DNA of 64,000 nucleotides from an uncultured Clostridia bacterium. Its GTDB lineage: Bacteria > Bacillota > Clostridia > Christensenellales > Aristaeellaceae. Positions 42,229 through 50,156 of this stretch are shown piece by piece. The notes under the pieces were generated by a model, which was not told the origin of the DNA, did no database searches, and was given only the letters and a program-made list of their open reading frames with translations. The stretch's first letter is position 1, and each line of letters opens with the position of its first letter. Location of the stretch: NCBI GenBank assembly GCA_944364075.1, contig CALVVZ010000001.1, forward strand, positions 48-64,047, given 5' to 3'. Made by a program: the position numbers and the translations under genes.

Positions 42229-42597
42229 GTAGCGCCTGCTTTTTCTGCTCTCAAAGTCAGTCGGGGCAGGCTTCCCGTCCTCTCCGTGCAGGACTGTGCG
42301 GCGTCGCTCTCCGTCGTGTCGCAGTTGCTATCGGTCTGTGTTCCGTCCGGCTGGCTACGGATGGGCGCGACCCAGCAGCGCACCCGTCTGTCCGAGCTGT
42401 CAAGCGTTGCTCACTTCCGCTTTGCCACCGTGCGATATTGACCGTACCCACGGGATCGTAAGGTTTACTATGCCGCCTTTCGCTCCTGAAAGTCGCTGTC
42501 GAAACCTCAAAGACCGTTGTCTACGGACGGTTTTTCGTTGCCCGGTCGTGCCGGGGCGGCTCCCAGGCCGTAGGGAGCTTGCTGAACCGTAAAGCCC

Positions 42598-42676
42598 TGG
42601 TGGAGCAGGAAGGAATCGAACCTCCCGTGCATCCTCCGCACATGTGGAATACTGCACGCCGTCCTTTGGCTGCTCC
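42598..42676 (-). ncRNA. Non-canonical tRNA-like module (79 nt, ends ...CTGCTCC-A-CCA)
   Basis: 7-bp acceptor GGAGCAG with CTGCTCC. T arm GGAGG-TTCGATT-CCTTC. Encoded CCA. In place of an anticodon arm there is a 6-bp helix (CGTGCA with TGCACG) closing a 21-nt region. Confidence 0.5.
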
Positions 42677-42836
42677 ATGATTGCCCGTCTCTCCGGGCTG
42701 TCCCGCAAACCATGCTAAAAGGGCCTTGCGGTTGGTCACTCGTACTCGCATGGTGAACCCCGGTATCATCGCTTCCGTTACTGTTCCGGGTGGCTTTGCC
42801 CATGGTTGATCGCTCCATGAACACGGAATGCCATAC

Positions 42837-42939
42837 TGGCGGGAACGAGGGGCATCGAACCTCCATTTTTTCCACGGGCCGCGCTGACATCAAAAGAATG
42901 GCTGACCTCGTGGCATACCCGATCCAGACGGGCGTTCCC
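42837..42939 (-). ncRNA. Non-canonical tRNA-like module (103 nt, ends ...CGTTCCC-G-CCA)
   Basis: 7-bp acceptor GGGAACG with CGTTCCC. D-like hairpin CCCG-TCTGGAT-CGGG starting at position 8. T arm GGAGG-TTCGATG-CCCCT with one A-C mismatch. A ~43-nt irregular helix stands where the anticodon arm should be. Encoded CCA. Confidence 0.5.
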
Positions 42940-42964
42940 ATGTTATGCCGGTCTTTCCCGGCAG

Positions 42965-43261
42965 TCACTCGCCCCTCTCAAGGTTTTCCTCACACCATTT
43001 GAGGGCCGCGTTATACTTGAGCCATCCAAGCACGCATATCTGATCGTTGGTGCCGAAGCGGAAAACACATGCTTTGCGCTCCCGGCCCTCGGTGTAAAAG
43101 GACGCGCCGATCTTGCCATCCCAGGGCGTTTTCTCCTTCTGGCGGCACGTCACGCTCCAAACCCTCGCCACATTCATGACCTCGGAGGCGCTGCCGTCCT
43201 TGCACAGCTCCACAATCGCCTTGAGCTGTTCGGGATTGCGGAAAACGAAACGCTTTGCCAT
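42965..43261 (-). CDS. Hypothetical protein (98 aa)
   Basis: ORF in register. Confidence 0.55.
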   Translation of the reverse strand: MAKRFVFRNPEQLKAIVELCKDGSASEVMNVARVWSVTCRQKEKTPWDGKIGASFYTEGRERKACVFRFGTNDQICVLGWLKYNAALKWCEENLERGE

Positions 43262-43262
43262 G

Positions 43263-43739
43263 TCATACCTCCTGTATCTCGATCCCCAGGCAGTTTTTCA
43301 TCTGCCGTCTTTTCAGCCGATAGGTCTTGTCCTTGCGGGTCGCTTCGCTCTTGGCGTCGTATACGGTGTATGTGCCGTCAGCTTCCTGGGTTACGAAATC
43401 CGCTATGTACTTCACGCCGCCCGGAAGGTAGAAAACAACCTGGCAGGCAAGGCCGATGTGCTTACCGGCAAGGCATTCCAGCCGCAGCAGCTCGTATACC
43501 TGGGCTTCGTGCTTGCTGTCAAAGCGTTTGCCGTCGTATTCGGTTGGCTGATTTCTATACTTCCGTTCCCTCGGTTTGGGATCGGCGTCATAGAGCCGCT
43601 GCTGGTTGTTCTCGTCGAGGTCAACAAGAACCGTTTCGCGCTCCTTGTCGTGTCTGGGATTTGTCCGCACATCGGGCATCTTCTGGCCGGTGCGCTTGCA
43701 GTAATCCCGGAGCCATTTATCCGAAACATAAAAGGCCAT
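43263..43739 (-). CDS. DUF1064 family nuclease-like protein
   Basis: EYDGKRFDSKHEAQVYELL ... YIADFV ... VYDAKSEATRKDKTYRLKRRQM matches the DUF1064 pattern (.YDG..FDSK.EA ... Y.ADF ... D.K ... K). Confidence 0.7.
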   Translation of the reverse strand: MAFYVSDKWLRDYCKRTGQKMPDVRTNPRHDKERETVLVDLDENNQQRLYDADPKPRERKYRNQPTEYDGKRFDSKHEAQVYELLRLECLAGKHIGLACQVVFYLPGGVKYIADFVTQEADGTYTVYDAKSEATRKDKTYRLKRRQMKNCLGIEIQEV

Positions 43740-43747
43740 CTTCTACC

Positions 43748-43960
43748 TCATACCGCCACACCGGCAGCCTCGCACGCTTCCTTGTATCTGCGCATACGCT
43801 CTGCCAGCAGCTTTCCTATGTCCTGCGTCAACCCCGATGCGGATTCCTCCGCGCCGTCCTCCGCCTTGATGTACAGCGGCACAGCAGGAAGGAAATCGCC
43901 GGTCGCCGGATCGCGCAGGGCAGTGACGCCAACCTGGATGAAACGTTCCTGCTTTTCCAT
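43748..43960 (-). CDS. Hypothetical protein (70 aa)
   Basis: ORF in register after the cro-like gene. Confidence 0.5.
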   Translation of the reverse strand: MEKQERFIQVGVTALRDPATGDFLPAVPLYIKAEDGAEESASGLTQDIGKLLAERMRRYKEACEAAGVAV

Positions 43961-43962
43961 AA

Positions 43963-44181
43963 TTACACCGCCTTTGCGCTCATAGGATCACAGCGAGAGA
44001 ACAGATACCGGGCGTTGTACTCCGGCAACAGAACTTCCATGACCTTTTCCGCTTCCGGGTAAGTGAAGTCGGTAAGGCCCATCAGCTTGTTGTAGGCCGT
44101 CTTTTCGGACACGTTCAGGAAGTCCGCAAAGGCTTTGGTGGAAATCCCCTTGGCAGTAAGAACATTCTTGATATTGAGCAT
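43963..44181 (-). CDS. Cro-like HTH regulator (72 aa)
   Basis: HTH segment (ISTKAFADFLNVSEKTAYNKL). Divergent from the repressor gene. GGAGGTGG Shine-Dalgarno. Confidence 0.7.
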   Translation of the reverse strand: MLNIKNVLTAKGISTKAFADFLNVSEKTAYNKLMGLTDFTYPEAEKVMEVLLPEYNARYLFSRCDPMSAKAV

Positions 44182-44199
44182 AAATTACCACCTCCGAAT

Positions 44200-44275
44200 T
44201 ACCCTTGCTCGTATATCTGCACCTATCATATACCCTTACTCGTAGTTTGTCAATAGTTTTTTACCGCTGGTCGTA
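44200..44275. promoter_or_regulatory. Three 14-bp operator-like repeats TACC(C/G)(T/C)T(G/A)(C/G)TCGTA spaced exactly 31 bp apart
   Basis: Copies at 44200..44213, 44231..44244 and 44262..44275. The middle copy fills the spacer of the leftward promoter. Confidence 0.6.
44225..44253 (-). promoter_or_regulatory. Leftward early promoter (TTGACA-17-TATGAT)
   Basis: -35 is plus 44248..44253 (tgtcaa) and -10 is plus 44225..44230 (atcata). Confidence 0.6.
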
Positions 44276-44284
44276 TTTTTTTAC

Positions 44285-44312
44285 TTTACAAAACCGCCGC
44301 CGATGATATAAT
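44285..44312 (+). promoter_or_regulatory. Rightward repressor promoter (TTTACA-16-TATAAT)
   Basis: -35 at 44285..44290 and -10 at 44307..44312. GGAGGTG Shine-Dalgarno at 44329..44335 before the ATG at 44341. Confidence 0.6.
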
Positions 44313-44340
44313 AGAGAAGAAAACGCTTCGGAGGTGTGAT

Positions 44341-44715
44341 ATGGACTTTTTAGAGAAGGTTAATCTGCTTATGCAGGAGCGCAAACTGAATAGGCATACT
44401 CTTTCGGAAGCCTGTGGCATTCCTTATACAACAATAGATGGATGGTTCAAGAAGGGATATGAAGGTGCGAAGGTCAGCACTCTTATAAAACTTGCCGACT
44501 ATTTCTCCGTAGAACTCGATTACCTGGTCAGGCCGTCTATCACAGATCGTAACTACGGCAGGCAGATTGAAAACATAGGAGCAGATGAAAAAGAACTCCT
44601 GACCCTTTATCGCTCCATGAACGATGTGGGTAGGAGTTTGATGCTGACCAACGCACGAACTTTCGCCGGGAATCCCGACATGCAAAAAGAAAGGCAAAGC
44701 GCGTCGGCAATATGA
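44341..44715 (+). CDS. CI-like XRE-family repressor (124 aa)
   Basis: N-terminal HTH (LNRHTLSEACGIPYTTIDGWFK). Divergent from the cro-like gene and next to the integrase end. Confidence 0.75.
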   Translation: MDFLEKVNLLMQERKLNRHTLSEACGIPYTTIDGWFKKGYEGAKVSTLIKLADYFSVELDYLVRPSITDRNYGRQIENIGADEKELLTLYRSMNDVGRSLMLTNARTFAGNPDMQKERQSASAI

Positions 44716-44744
44716 TATTCGTCGATTTTGAAAGGTAATGTGCT

Positions 44745-45392
44745 ATGAAACGTATAGTTGGTATCGTGGTCGCCTTATTGCTCCTCGCGTCCTGCGCCTT
44801 TGCAGAAGGGACGACGGAAAAGAAAAACGCATTTGAGTTTTGCGACATGTATATGCAGCGCTTGTGGGAAATGAAGTATGAGCGCGGATTGGATGCTACG
44901 CACGATCTGGCTCACTACATAGGGTACGACGGCCTTTCGTATGCGAATATGTTTGCAGGCGACGGCCAATATTACGTCGAAGTGCCTGCGGGAACGCTCC
45001 TTGTTTCCGTTCCTGACTTTAGCGTGATCCAACTTAGAATGCAGCTCGTAGCCTACAACCGCAGCGACGCAGAGAAGGAAACCGACATGATCCGGGCGGC
45101 AGTAGCTTTTGCAGCCCTTGAGTATGACAGGCTTGACGATTATTCCTATCCGCTTCTGCATCAGATTGACCCGACGAAGCCAGAAAACGTCATGCTTGAA
45201 GTAATAGACATCTTCTTTGATGCCGTGAACGGCACATTCAATGACGCCGATCTGATGGATGGCTTTTTCTCGGAGAATGGAAATAAAATCCCATTCATTT
45301 CCGGCAACTATGAGTATTCGCTGCAATACATCAACGGTGGCGAGGAAAACCCAGAGGTTGAAGTCGTTTACCTGATCGCTGAATGTAAATAA
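44745..45392 (+). CDS. Prophage-encoded lipoprotein (moron; superinfection-exclusion candidate)
   Basis: Signal peptide with lipobox (VVALLLLASC). The gene appears noticeably less GC-rich than the phage average (spot counts, e.g. 40% for 44821..44880). Co-oriented with the repressor. Confidence 0.65.
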   Translation: MKRIVGIVVALLLLASCAFAEGTTEKKNAFEFCDMYMQRLWEMKYERGLDATHDLAHYIGYDGLSYANMFAGDGQYYVEVPAGTLLVSVPDFSVIQLRMQLVAYNRSDAEKETDMIRAAVAFAALEYDRLDDYSYPLLHQIDPTKPENVMLEVIDIFFDAVNGTFNDADLMDGFFSENGNKIPFISGNYEYSLQYINGGEENPEVEVVYLIAECK

Positions 45393-45514
45393 AAAATCCG
45401 CCCAGGCTGCTACCTGTGCGGATCAAACGCAAGGAAAATGCAAACACCACTAAGCACTTTCCGCAGTCAGTATATCACAAGCTGCCTGCGTTGTAAAGTC
45501 GGAAAGGATTAAGA

Positions 45515-47236
45515 TTGAACGCTGTAATCTATGCCCGTTTCTCGTCGCACAGCCAGCGGGAGCAGTCCATCGAAGGTCAGCTCCGGGATTGCTACGAGTA
45601 TGCCAAACGCTATGATATAAACATTGTCGGTGAATACATCGACCGCGCCATATCCGGCATGACAGATGACCGCCCGGACTTCCAGCGCATGATTGCCGAT
45701 GCTCCGAAAAAGCAGTTTGAGCGGATCATCGTCTGGAAGCTGGATCGTTTTGCCCGCAATCGTTACGATTCGGCCCTCTACAAGCACAAACTCAAGCAAT
45801 ACGGCATCCGCGTCATATCTGCCATGGAGAACGTCGGAGAAGGGGACGAATCAATTCTCTTGGAAGCCCTCCTTGAAGCGTCCGCCGAGTATTATTCCCT
45901 CGATCTCAAGAAAAAGATCCTTCGCGGCCAGCGTGAAACCATTGCAAAGGGCCGTTGGTGTGGCGGGCCTATCCCGTATGGCTACAAGGCAGTGGATGGA
46001 AAGCTGGTGGCGGACGAAAAGACCGCACCGATCATCCGCTATGTTTTTGAGCAGTACGCCCAGGGCGTCCCCATGAAGGAGATTATCGACGAACTGAAAC
46101 GTCGCGGCGTCCGCAGCTCTCGCGGCGGAGAGCTGACCTATACCACCTTCTCCCGCGCCCTGACAAATCCCGTCTATATCGGCAATTTCATGTACAAGGG
46201 CGAATTGGTTCCTGGCGTCGCAGACGCATTGATCGACGAGGACACATACAACAAAGTGCAGATTATCGTAAAGGCCAATGCGCACGCGCCTGCCGCCAAC
46301 AAGGCAAAGGTGGAATATCTGTTTCAAGGAAAGGCGTTCTGCGGGCATTGCGGGTCGCACATGGTCGGGGAAAGCGGAAAGAGCAGGAACGGTGATGTGT
46401 ATTATTACTACTCCTGCGCGGCTCGGAAAAAAGCGCACAAATGCCGGAAGAAGAACGAGAAGAAGGACTTCATCGAGTGGTATGTCGTCGAGCAGACATT
46501 GAATTATGTCCTCACGCCAACCAGGATGCGTGACATCGCAAAAGCCGTTGTCGCGGAGTATGACAAGGAGTTTTCCGGCAGTAAGGTGCAGGAATACGAA
46601 AAGGCCATCAAGCAGTACGAGCGGGAGCTGGATAAACTGGTCGATGCTCTGGTAGATGCTCCGAAGGTAGCCCATAAGCGCATCTACGAGAAGATGGAAA
46701 CCCTGGAAACGCAGAAAGCGTCCATGGAGAATGAGCTGGTCAAGCTGCGGATCGCCAGCGAGATTCGTTTCACCGAAGAAGAAGTGCGGGCATGGCTCCG
46801 CCGCTTCTGCACCGGCGACCTCTTTGATCCTGAGTTCCGCCGCAACATCATCGACACCTTTATCAACTGCATTTACCTGTACGATGATCGCATCATCATC
46901 TTCTACAACATCAAAGGCGGCAAACAGGTTTCCTTTGTTGACCTTGCCGAATCGTTGGATAGCGAATCAGAGAGCAGTGGTTCGGATTTGAACGCAAATG
47001 CTCCACCAGAGCGAAAATCCGAACCTTCGTGGTTCGGATTTTTTTTGCGTTTTTTAACCCAGGCATGCTGGGCGCAGCCTGTCCGGGGATACCGCCCAGA
47101 GGCCGGGCTTGCGCACGGAACGCAACCCGAAGCAAAACCGGCGGCCGCCCCAAATGGGCGGACCGCCGGCTTCATGTATGGCATGTTGCCGCTGTTGCCT
47201 GCCGCGATGGCAGGCGAAAAACTCAGTTGCAGCTGA
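45515..47236 (+). CDS. Large serine recombinase (integrase); the 3' ~70-90 codons are read-through into host DNA
   Basis: Resolvase-type catalytic N-terminus (AVIYARFSSHSQ ... DRFARN). Recombinase and zinc-ribbon region (CGHCGSHM ... YYYSC) followed by a coiled coil. TTG start. The ORF then crosses the terminator at 47015..47046 and ends 14 nt inside pyk. Confidence 0.85.
   Translation: MNAVIYARFSSHSQREQSIEGQLRDCYEYAKRYDINIVGEYIDRAISGMTDDRPDFQRMIADAPKKQFERIIVWKLDRFARNRYDSALYKHKLKQYGIRVISAMENVGEGDESILLEALLEASAEYYSLDLKKKILRGQRETIAKGRWCGGPIPYGYKAVDGKLVADEKTAPIIRYVFEQYAQGVPMKEIIDELKRRGVRSSRGGELTYTTFSRALTNPVYIGNFMYKGELVPGVADALIDEDTYNKVQIIVKANAHAPAANKAKVEYLFQGKAFCGHCGSHMVGESGKSRNGDVYYYYSCAARKKAHKCRKKNEKKDFIEWYVVEQTLNYVLTPTRMRDIAKAVVAEYDKEFSGSKVQEYEKAIKQYERELDKLVDALVDAPKVAHKRIYEKMETLETQKASMENELVKLRIASEIRFTEEEVRAWLRRFCTGDLFDPEFRRNIIDTFINCIYLYDDRIIIFYNIKGGKQVSFVDLAESLDSESESSGSDLNANAPPERKSEPSWFGFFLRFLTQACWAQPVRGYRPEAGLAHGTQPEAKPAAAPNGRTAGFMYGMLPLLPAAMAGEKLSCS
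47015..47046 (+). terminator. Intrinsic terminator inside the integrase ORF tail
   Basis: aaatccgaacc (47015..47025) pairs with ggttcggattt (47031..47041). The T8 run at 47039..47046 begins within the 3' arm. Confidence 0.6.
47131..47169 (-). terminator. Probable pyk terminator
   Basis: 13-bp interrupted stem: ccggcgg+ccgccc (47138..47150) pairs with gggcgg(a)ccgccgg (47156..47169). Followed on the minus strand by TTTTGCT. Confidence 0.55.
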
Positions 47237-48974
47237 CCGTGCCCTTGATACCGTCCATGGTGACCACGGCGCCGGACTTGAGGATGCGGGTAGCGCCGCT
47301 TGCGCCGATAATCACGGGAATATCCAGGCTCATGCCAGCAATGGCGCCGGGGCCGTCGGGATCGGCATCCTCCAGAATCAGACCGGCGGCCTTGCGCAGC
47401 AGGGGCAGCAGCGGCTTGGTCACCTGATGGATCACCAGCACGTTGCCCTGCCGGAAGGTCTCCAGCGCCTGGGCTTCATCCTTGGCTACGCACAGGGACG
47501 CGGTGATCTGACCGCCGCACAGGCCCGTGCCGGTCACCAGCATATGGCCCACCACATGGACCTTCATCAGGTTGGTGGTGCCGGAGATGCCCAGGGGCAC
47601 GCCCGCGGTGAGCACTACCAGCTCGCCGTCCCTGATGAGGCCGGCGGCTACGGCGCTGTCCACCGCATGCTCGAACAGGTCGTCGGTGTTGCTCTCCTCC
47701 TGGATCATCAGCGGCACCACGCCCCAGCTCAAGGACAGCTGCCGCCACACGGTTTCGGAGGTGGTGCAGCCGATGATGGTGCAGCTGGGCCGGTACTTGG
47801 AAATGACCCGGGCCGTGGTGCCGGACTTGGTCACGGTAATGATGGCGCTGGCCCGCAGGTCATGGGCGGAGGTGACCGTGGCATGGCTGATGGCGCTGGT
47901 CACGTTGGTGGAGGTGGCGTAGGTGCGGCTGCGGAAGCGCTCCGCATAGTCGATGCTGGCCTCCGCCCGCAGGGCGATGCGCGCCATGGTTTCCACGGCC
48001 TCCAGGGGATACATGCCCGCGGCGGTTTCTCCCGAGAGCATGATGGCGCTGGTACCGTCGTAGATAGCGTTGGCCACGTCGGTGGTTTCCGCCCGGGTGG
48101 GCCGGGGCGCCTTCATCATGGAATCCAGCATCTGCGTGGCGGTAATGGCGGGCTTGCCCGCGGCGTAGCATTTCTTGATGAGCATTTTTTGCAGCACCGG
48201 GACTTCCTCCAGGGGAATCTCCACGCCCATGTCGCCCCGGGCCACCATGATGGCGTCCGCCACCCGGAGGATCTCGTCGATATGCTCCACGCCCTCCATA
48301 TTCTCGATCTTGGCGATGATGTTGATGGAAGTGCAGTTCTTTTCCGCCATGATGTGGCGGATCTGCAAAATGTCGTCGGCGCTGCGGGTGAAGGAGGCGG
48401 CGATGAAGTCAAAGCCGTTGTCAATGGCGAAAAGGATGTCCTCCCGGTCCTTGTCGCTGATGAAGGGCATGGTCAGATGTACGTCGGGAATGTTGACACC
48501 CTTGCGGTTGGAGATGGTGCCGCCGTTGTTGACCTTGCAGCAAACCTCCGTGTCCGTCACCCGCTCCACGGTCATGCCCACCAGCCCGTCGTCGATGAGA
48601 ATGGCGCAGCCGGGCTTCACATCCCGGGGCAGGTCCTTGTAGGTGACGCTGACGCGGGTCTCATCGCCTTCCACATCCTCGGTGGTCAGGGTAAACAGCT
48701 GCCCGGCGTCCAGGGTCACGCTCTTGTCCTTGAAAGTGCCGATGCGGATCTCCGGGCCTTTGGTGTCCAGCATGGTGGCCACAGGCAGGCCCAGCTCCTC
48801 CCGCAGGCGGCAGACCTCCTGGTACCGCTTGAGGTGGTTCTCATGGGTATCGTGGGAAAAGTTGAACCGGGCAACGTCCATGCCCGCCAGCATCAGCGCC
48901 TTCACCAGTCCTTTTTCAAACAGGTTCGGGCCCATGGTACACACGATCTTGGTTTTGCGCAGCGGTTGCGTCAC
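47223..48974 (-). CDS. pyk: Pyruvate kinase with a C-terminal PEP-utilizer (mobile His) domain
   Basis: RKTKIVCTMGPN ... MDVARFNFSH ... MVARGDMGVEIP, and a C-terminal ~110-aa extra domain. GTG start at 48974 after AGGATGGAG. The upstream part of the long ORF is Arg/Cys-rich junk. Confidence 0.9.
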   Translation of the reverse strand: MTQPLRKTKIVCTMGPNLFEKGLVKALMLAGMDVARFNFSHDTHENHLKRYQEVCRLREELGLPVATMLDTKGPEIRIGTFKDKSVTLDAGQLFTLTTEDVEGDETRVSVTYKDLPRDVKPGCAILIDDGLVGMTVERVTDTEVCCKVNNGGTISNRKGVNIPDVHLTMPFISDKDREDILFAIDNGFDFIAASFTRSADDILQIRHIMAEKNCTSINIIAKIENMEGVEHIDEILRVADAIMVARGDMGVEIPLEEVPVLQKMLIKKCYAAGKPAITATQMLDSMMKAPRPTRAETTDVANAIYDGTSAIMLSGETAAGMYPLEAVETMARIALRAEASIDYAERFRSRTYATSTNVTSAISHATVTSAHDLRASAIITVTKSGTTARVISKYRPSCTIIGCTTSETVWRQLSLSWGVVPLMIQEESNTDDLFEHAVDSAVAAGLIRDGELVVLTAGVPLGISGTTNLMKVHVVGHMLVTGTGLCGGQITASLCVAKDEAQALETFRQGNVLVIHQVTKPLLPLLRKAAGLILEDADPDGPGAIAGMSLDIPVIIGASGATRILKSGAVVTMDGIKGTVSCN

Positions 48975-49199
48975 AGGGCATCTCCATCCTTCCGGGCGCC
49001 GGAGAACGGCGCGTCTGAAATTGCAACGGGATATGTTCAGGCAATCCATTTTCATATTATACACGATTTTCCCAGGCTTGCAAAGAGGGCGGGCGGAGGC
49101 TTTTGTCCGCGGAGGGATTTCAGAGCCTTGCATCCCTCCGCCCCCTGTGTTACACTATCCATGTTGCAATATTCCCAAGGGAAAGGATGCCTGTACGCC

Positions 49200-50120
49200 A
49201 TGTCGGAAAAGAAAGGATTATTCGCCCGGCTTTTTTCGGGCTTGAGCAAGACCCGGGGCAACCTCACCGAAAAGGTGGACGAGATTACCCGGGAGGACCG
49301 GAAAATCGACGAGGATTTTTATGAGGAGCTGGAGGACGCCCTGCTCCTGGCGGACTGCGGCGTGAAGGCCACCACCGTGATTCTGGATGAGCTGCGGGAC
49401 CGGGTCAAGACCCAGAACTTGCGCTATGCCGGCCAGGCCCGGGAGGCCATGATGGACATCATCACCGCCCAGATGGACATTCCCCGTCCGCCCCTGCGCT
49501 GGCCCATGGTGATGCTGGTGGTGGGCGTCAACGGCGTGGGCAAGACTACCACCATCGGCAAGCTGGCCCTGCGTTTCCAGTCCATCGGGCGCAAGGTAAT
49601 GCTCTGCGCCGGGGACACCTTCCGCGCCGCCGCCGCCGAGCAGCTGACCATCTGGGCCCAGCGCGCCCGGGTGCCCATTATCAAGCACGACGAGGGCGCC
49701 GACCCCGCCGCGGTGGTTTTTGACGCGGTAAAGGCCGCCAAGGCCCAGGACGCCGACCTGCTGATTGTGGATACCGCCGGCCGGCTCCACAACAAGAAGA
49801 ACCTCATGGACGAGCTGGCCAAGATGCGCAAGGTCATCGACCGGGAATATCCCGAGGCGGACGTGCGCTGCATCCTGGTGCTGGACGCCACCACCGGCCA
49901 GAATGGCCTGAACCAGGCCCGCACCTTCAAGGAGTTCGCAGAAATCGGCGGCATCATCCTCACCAAGCTGGACGGCACCGCCAAGGGCGGCATCGCCCTG
50001 TCCATCCGCCAGGAGCTGAACGTGCCGGTGTGGTACATCGGCGTGGGCGAAGGCATTGACGACCTTCAGCCCTTCGACGCCAAAGACTTTACAAAGGCGC
50101 TCTTCGGCAAGCAGGAATAA
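49200..50120 (+). CDS. ftsY: Signal recognition particle receptor FtsY
   Basis: GVNGVGKTTTIGKLA, DTAGRL and TKLDGTAKGG motifs. It is the 3' third of a 1003-aa composite ORF. Confidence 0.92.
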   Translation: MSEKKGLFARLFSGLSKTRGNLTEKVDEITREDRKIDEDFYEELEDALLLADCGVKATTVILDELRDRVKTQNLRYAGQAREAMMDIITAQMDIPRPPLRWPMVMLVVGVNGVGKTTTIGKLALRFQSIGRKVMLCAGDTFRAAAAEQLTIWAQRARVPIIKHDEGADPAAVVFDAVKAAKAQDADLLIVDTAGRLHNKKNLMDELAKMRKVIDREYPEADVRCILVLDATTGQNGLNQARTFKEFAEIGGIILTKLDGTAKGGIALSIRQELNVPVWYIGVGEGIDDLQPFDAKDFTKALFGKQE

Positions 50121-50156
50121 TCCCGCCGAAGGCCCGCGGGAAAAGAGGAAACGCCC

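Larger units (their letters stand above)
42229..42964 (-). ncRNA. 736-nt ORF-free, hairpin-dense region; candidate large structured RNA and/or tRNA-mimic locus
   Basis: The only ORFs here are R/S/P/C-rich frames in a GC-rich sequence. Neighbouring genes are otherwise 0-30 nt apart. The region contains two tRNA-like modules and many local GC stems, and is flanked 3' by tRNA-Thr. Confidence 0.4.
1..47046. mobile_element. Integrated temperate phage (lambda-like head/packaging, P2/Mu-like contractile tail, DGR, lysis, early/replication, cI-cro switch, serine integrase). Right junction lies near 46.95-47.05 kb; left end not resolved inside the window.
   Basis: Contiguous minus-strand late operon from terS to lysis, with a divergent repressor pair and int at the right edge. 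GC estimated by eye rises from about 50-58% to about 65% near 47.05 kb, where housekeeping genes begin. Bases 1-240 are only about 43% GC, so the left border is unclear. Confidence 0.85.

Noticed and set aside
42598-42676. The tRNA-like module ending GCTCCACCA could be the 3' end of a tmRNA (ssrA).
   Set aside because: Its 5' acceptor strand lies only 79 nt upstream. Position 3:70 is A-U, not the G-U alanine identity pair. I could find no tag-peptide reading frame or resume-codon context. The topology resembles a tmRNA tRNA-like domain, but the mRNA-like domain is missing.
46977-47007. Plus-strand ...GGTTCGGATTTGAACGCAAATGCTCCACCA looks like a tRNA 3' end, which would suggest a tRNA attB.
   Set aside because: There is no 5-bp T stem around a 7-nt T loop and no complementary 5' acceptor strand within 100 nt. 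The similarity is limited to GGTTCG and CCACCA.
47109-50120. 1003-aa plus-strand ORF.
   Set aside because: Only the last 306 codons (from ATG 49200) are FtsY. The upstream ~700 codons are the antisense strand of pyk, with the Gly/Ala/His/Arg-rich composition typical of spurious frames in high-GC DNA.
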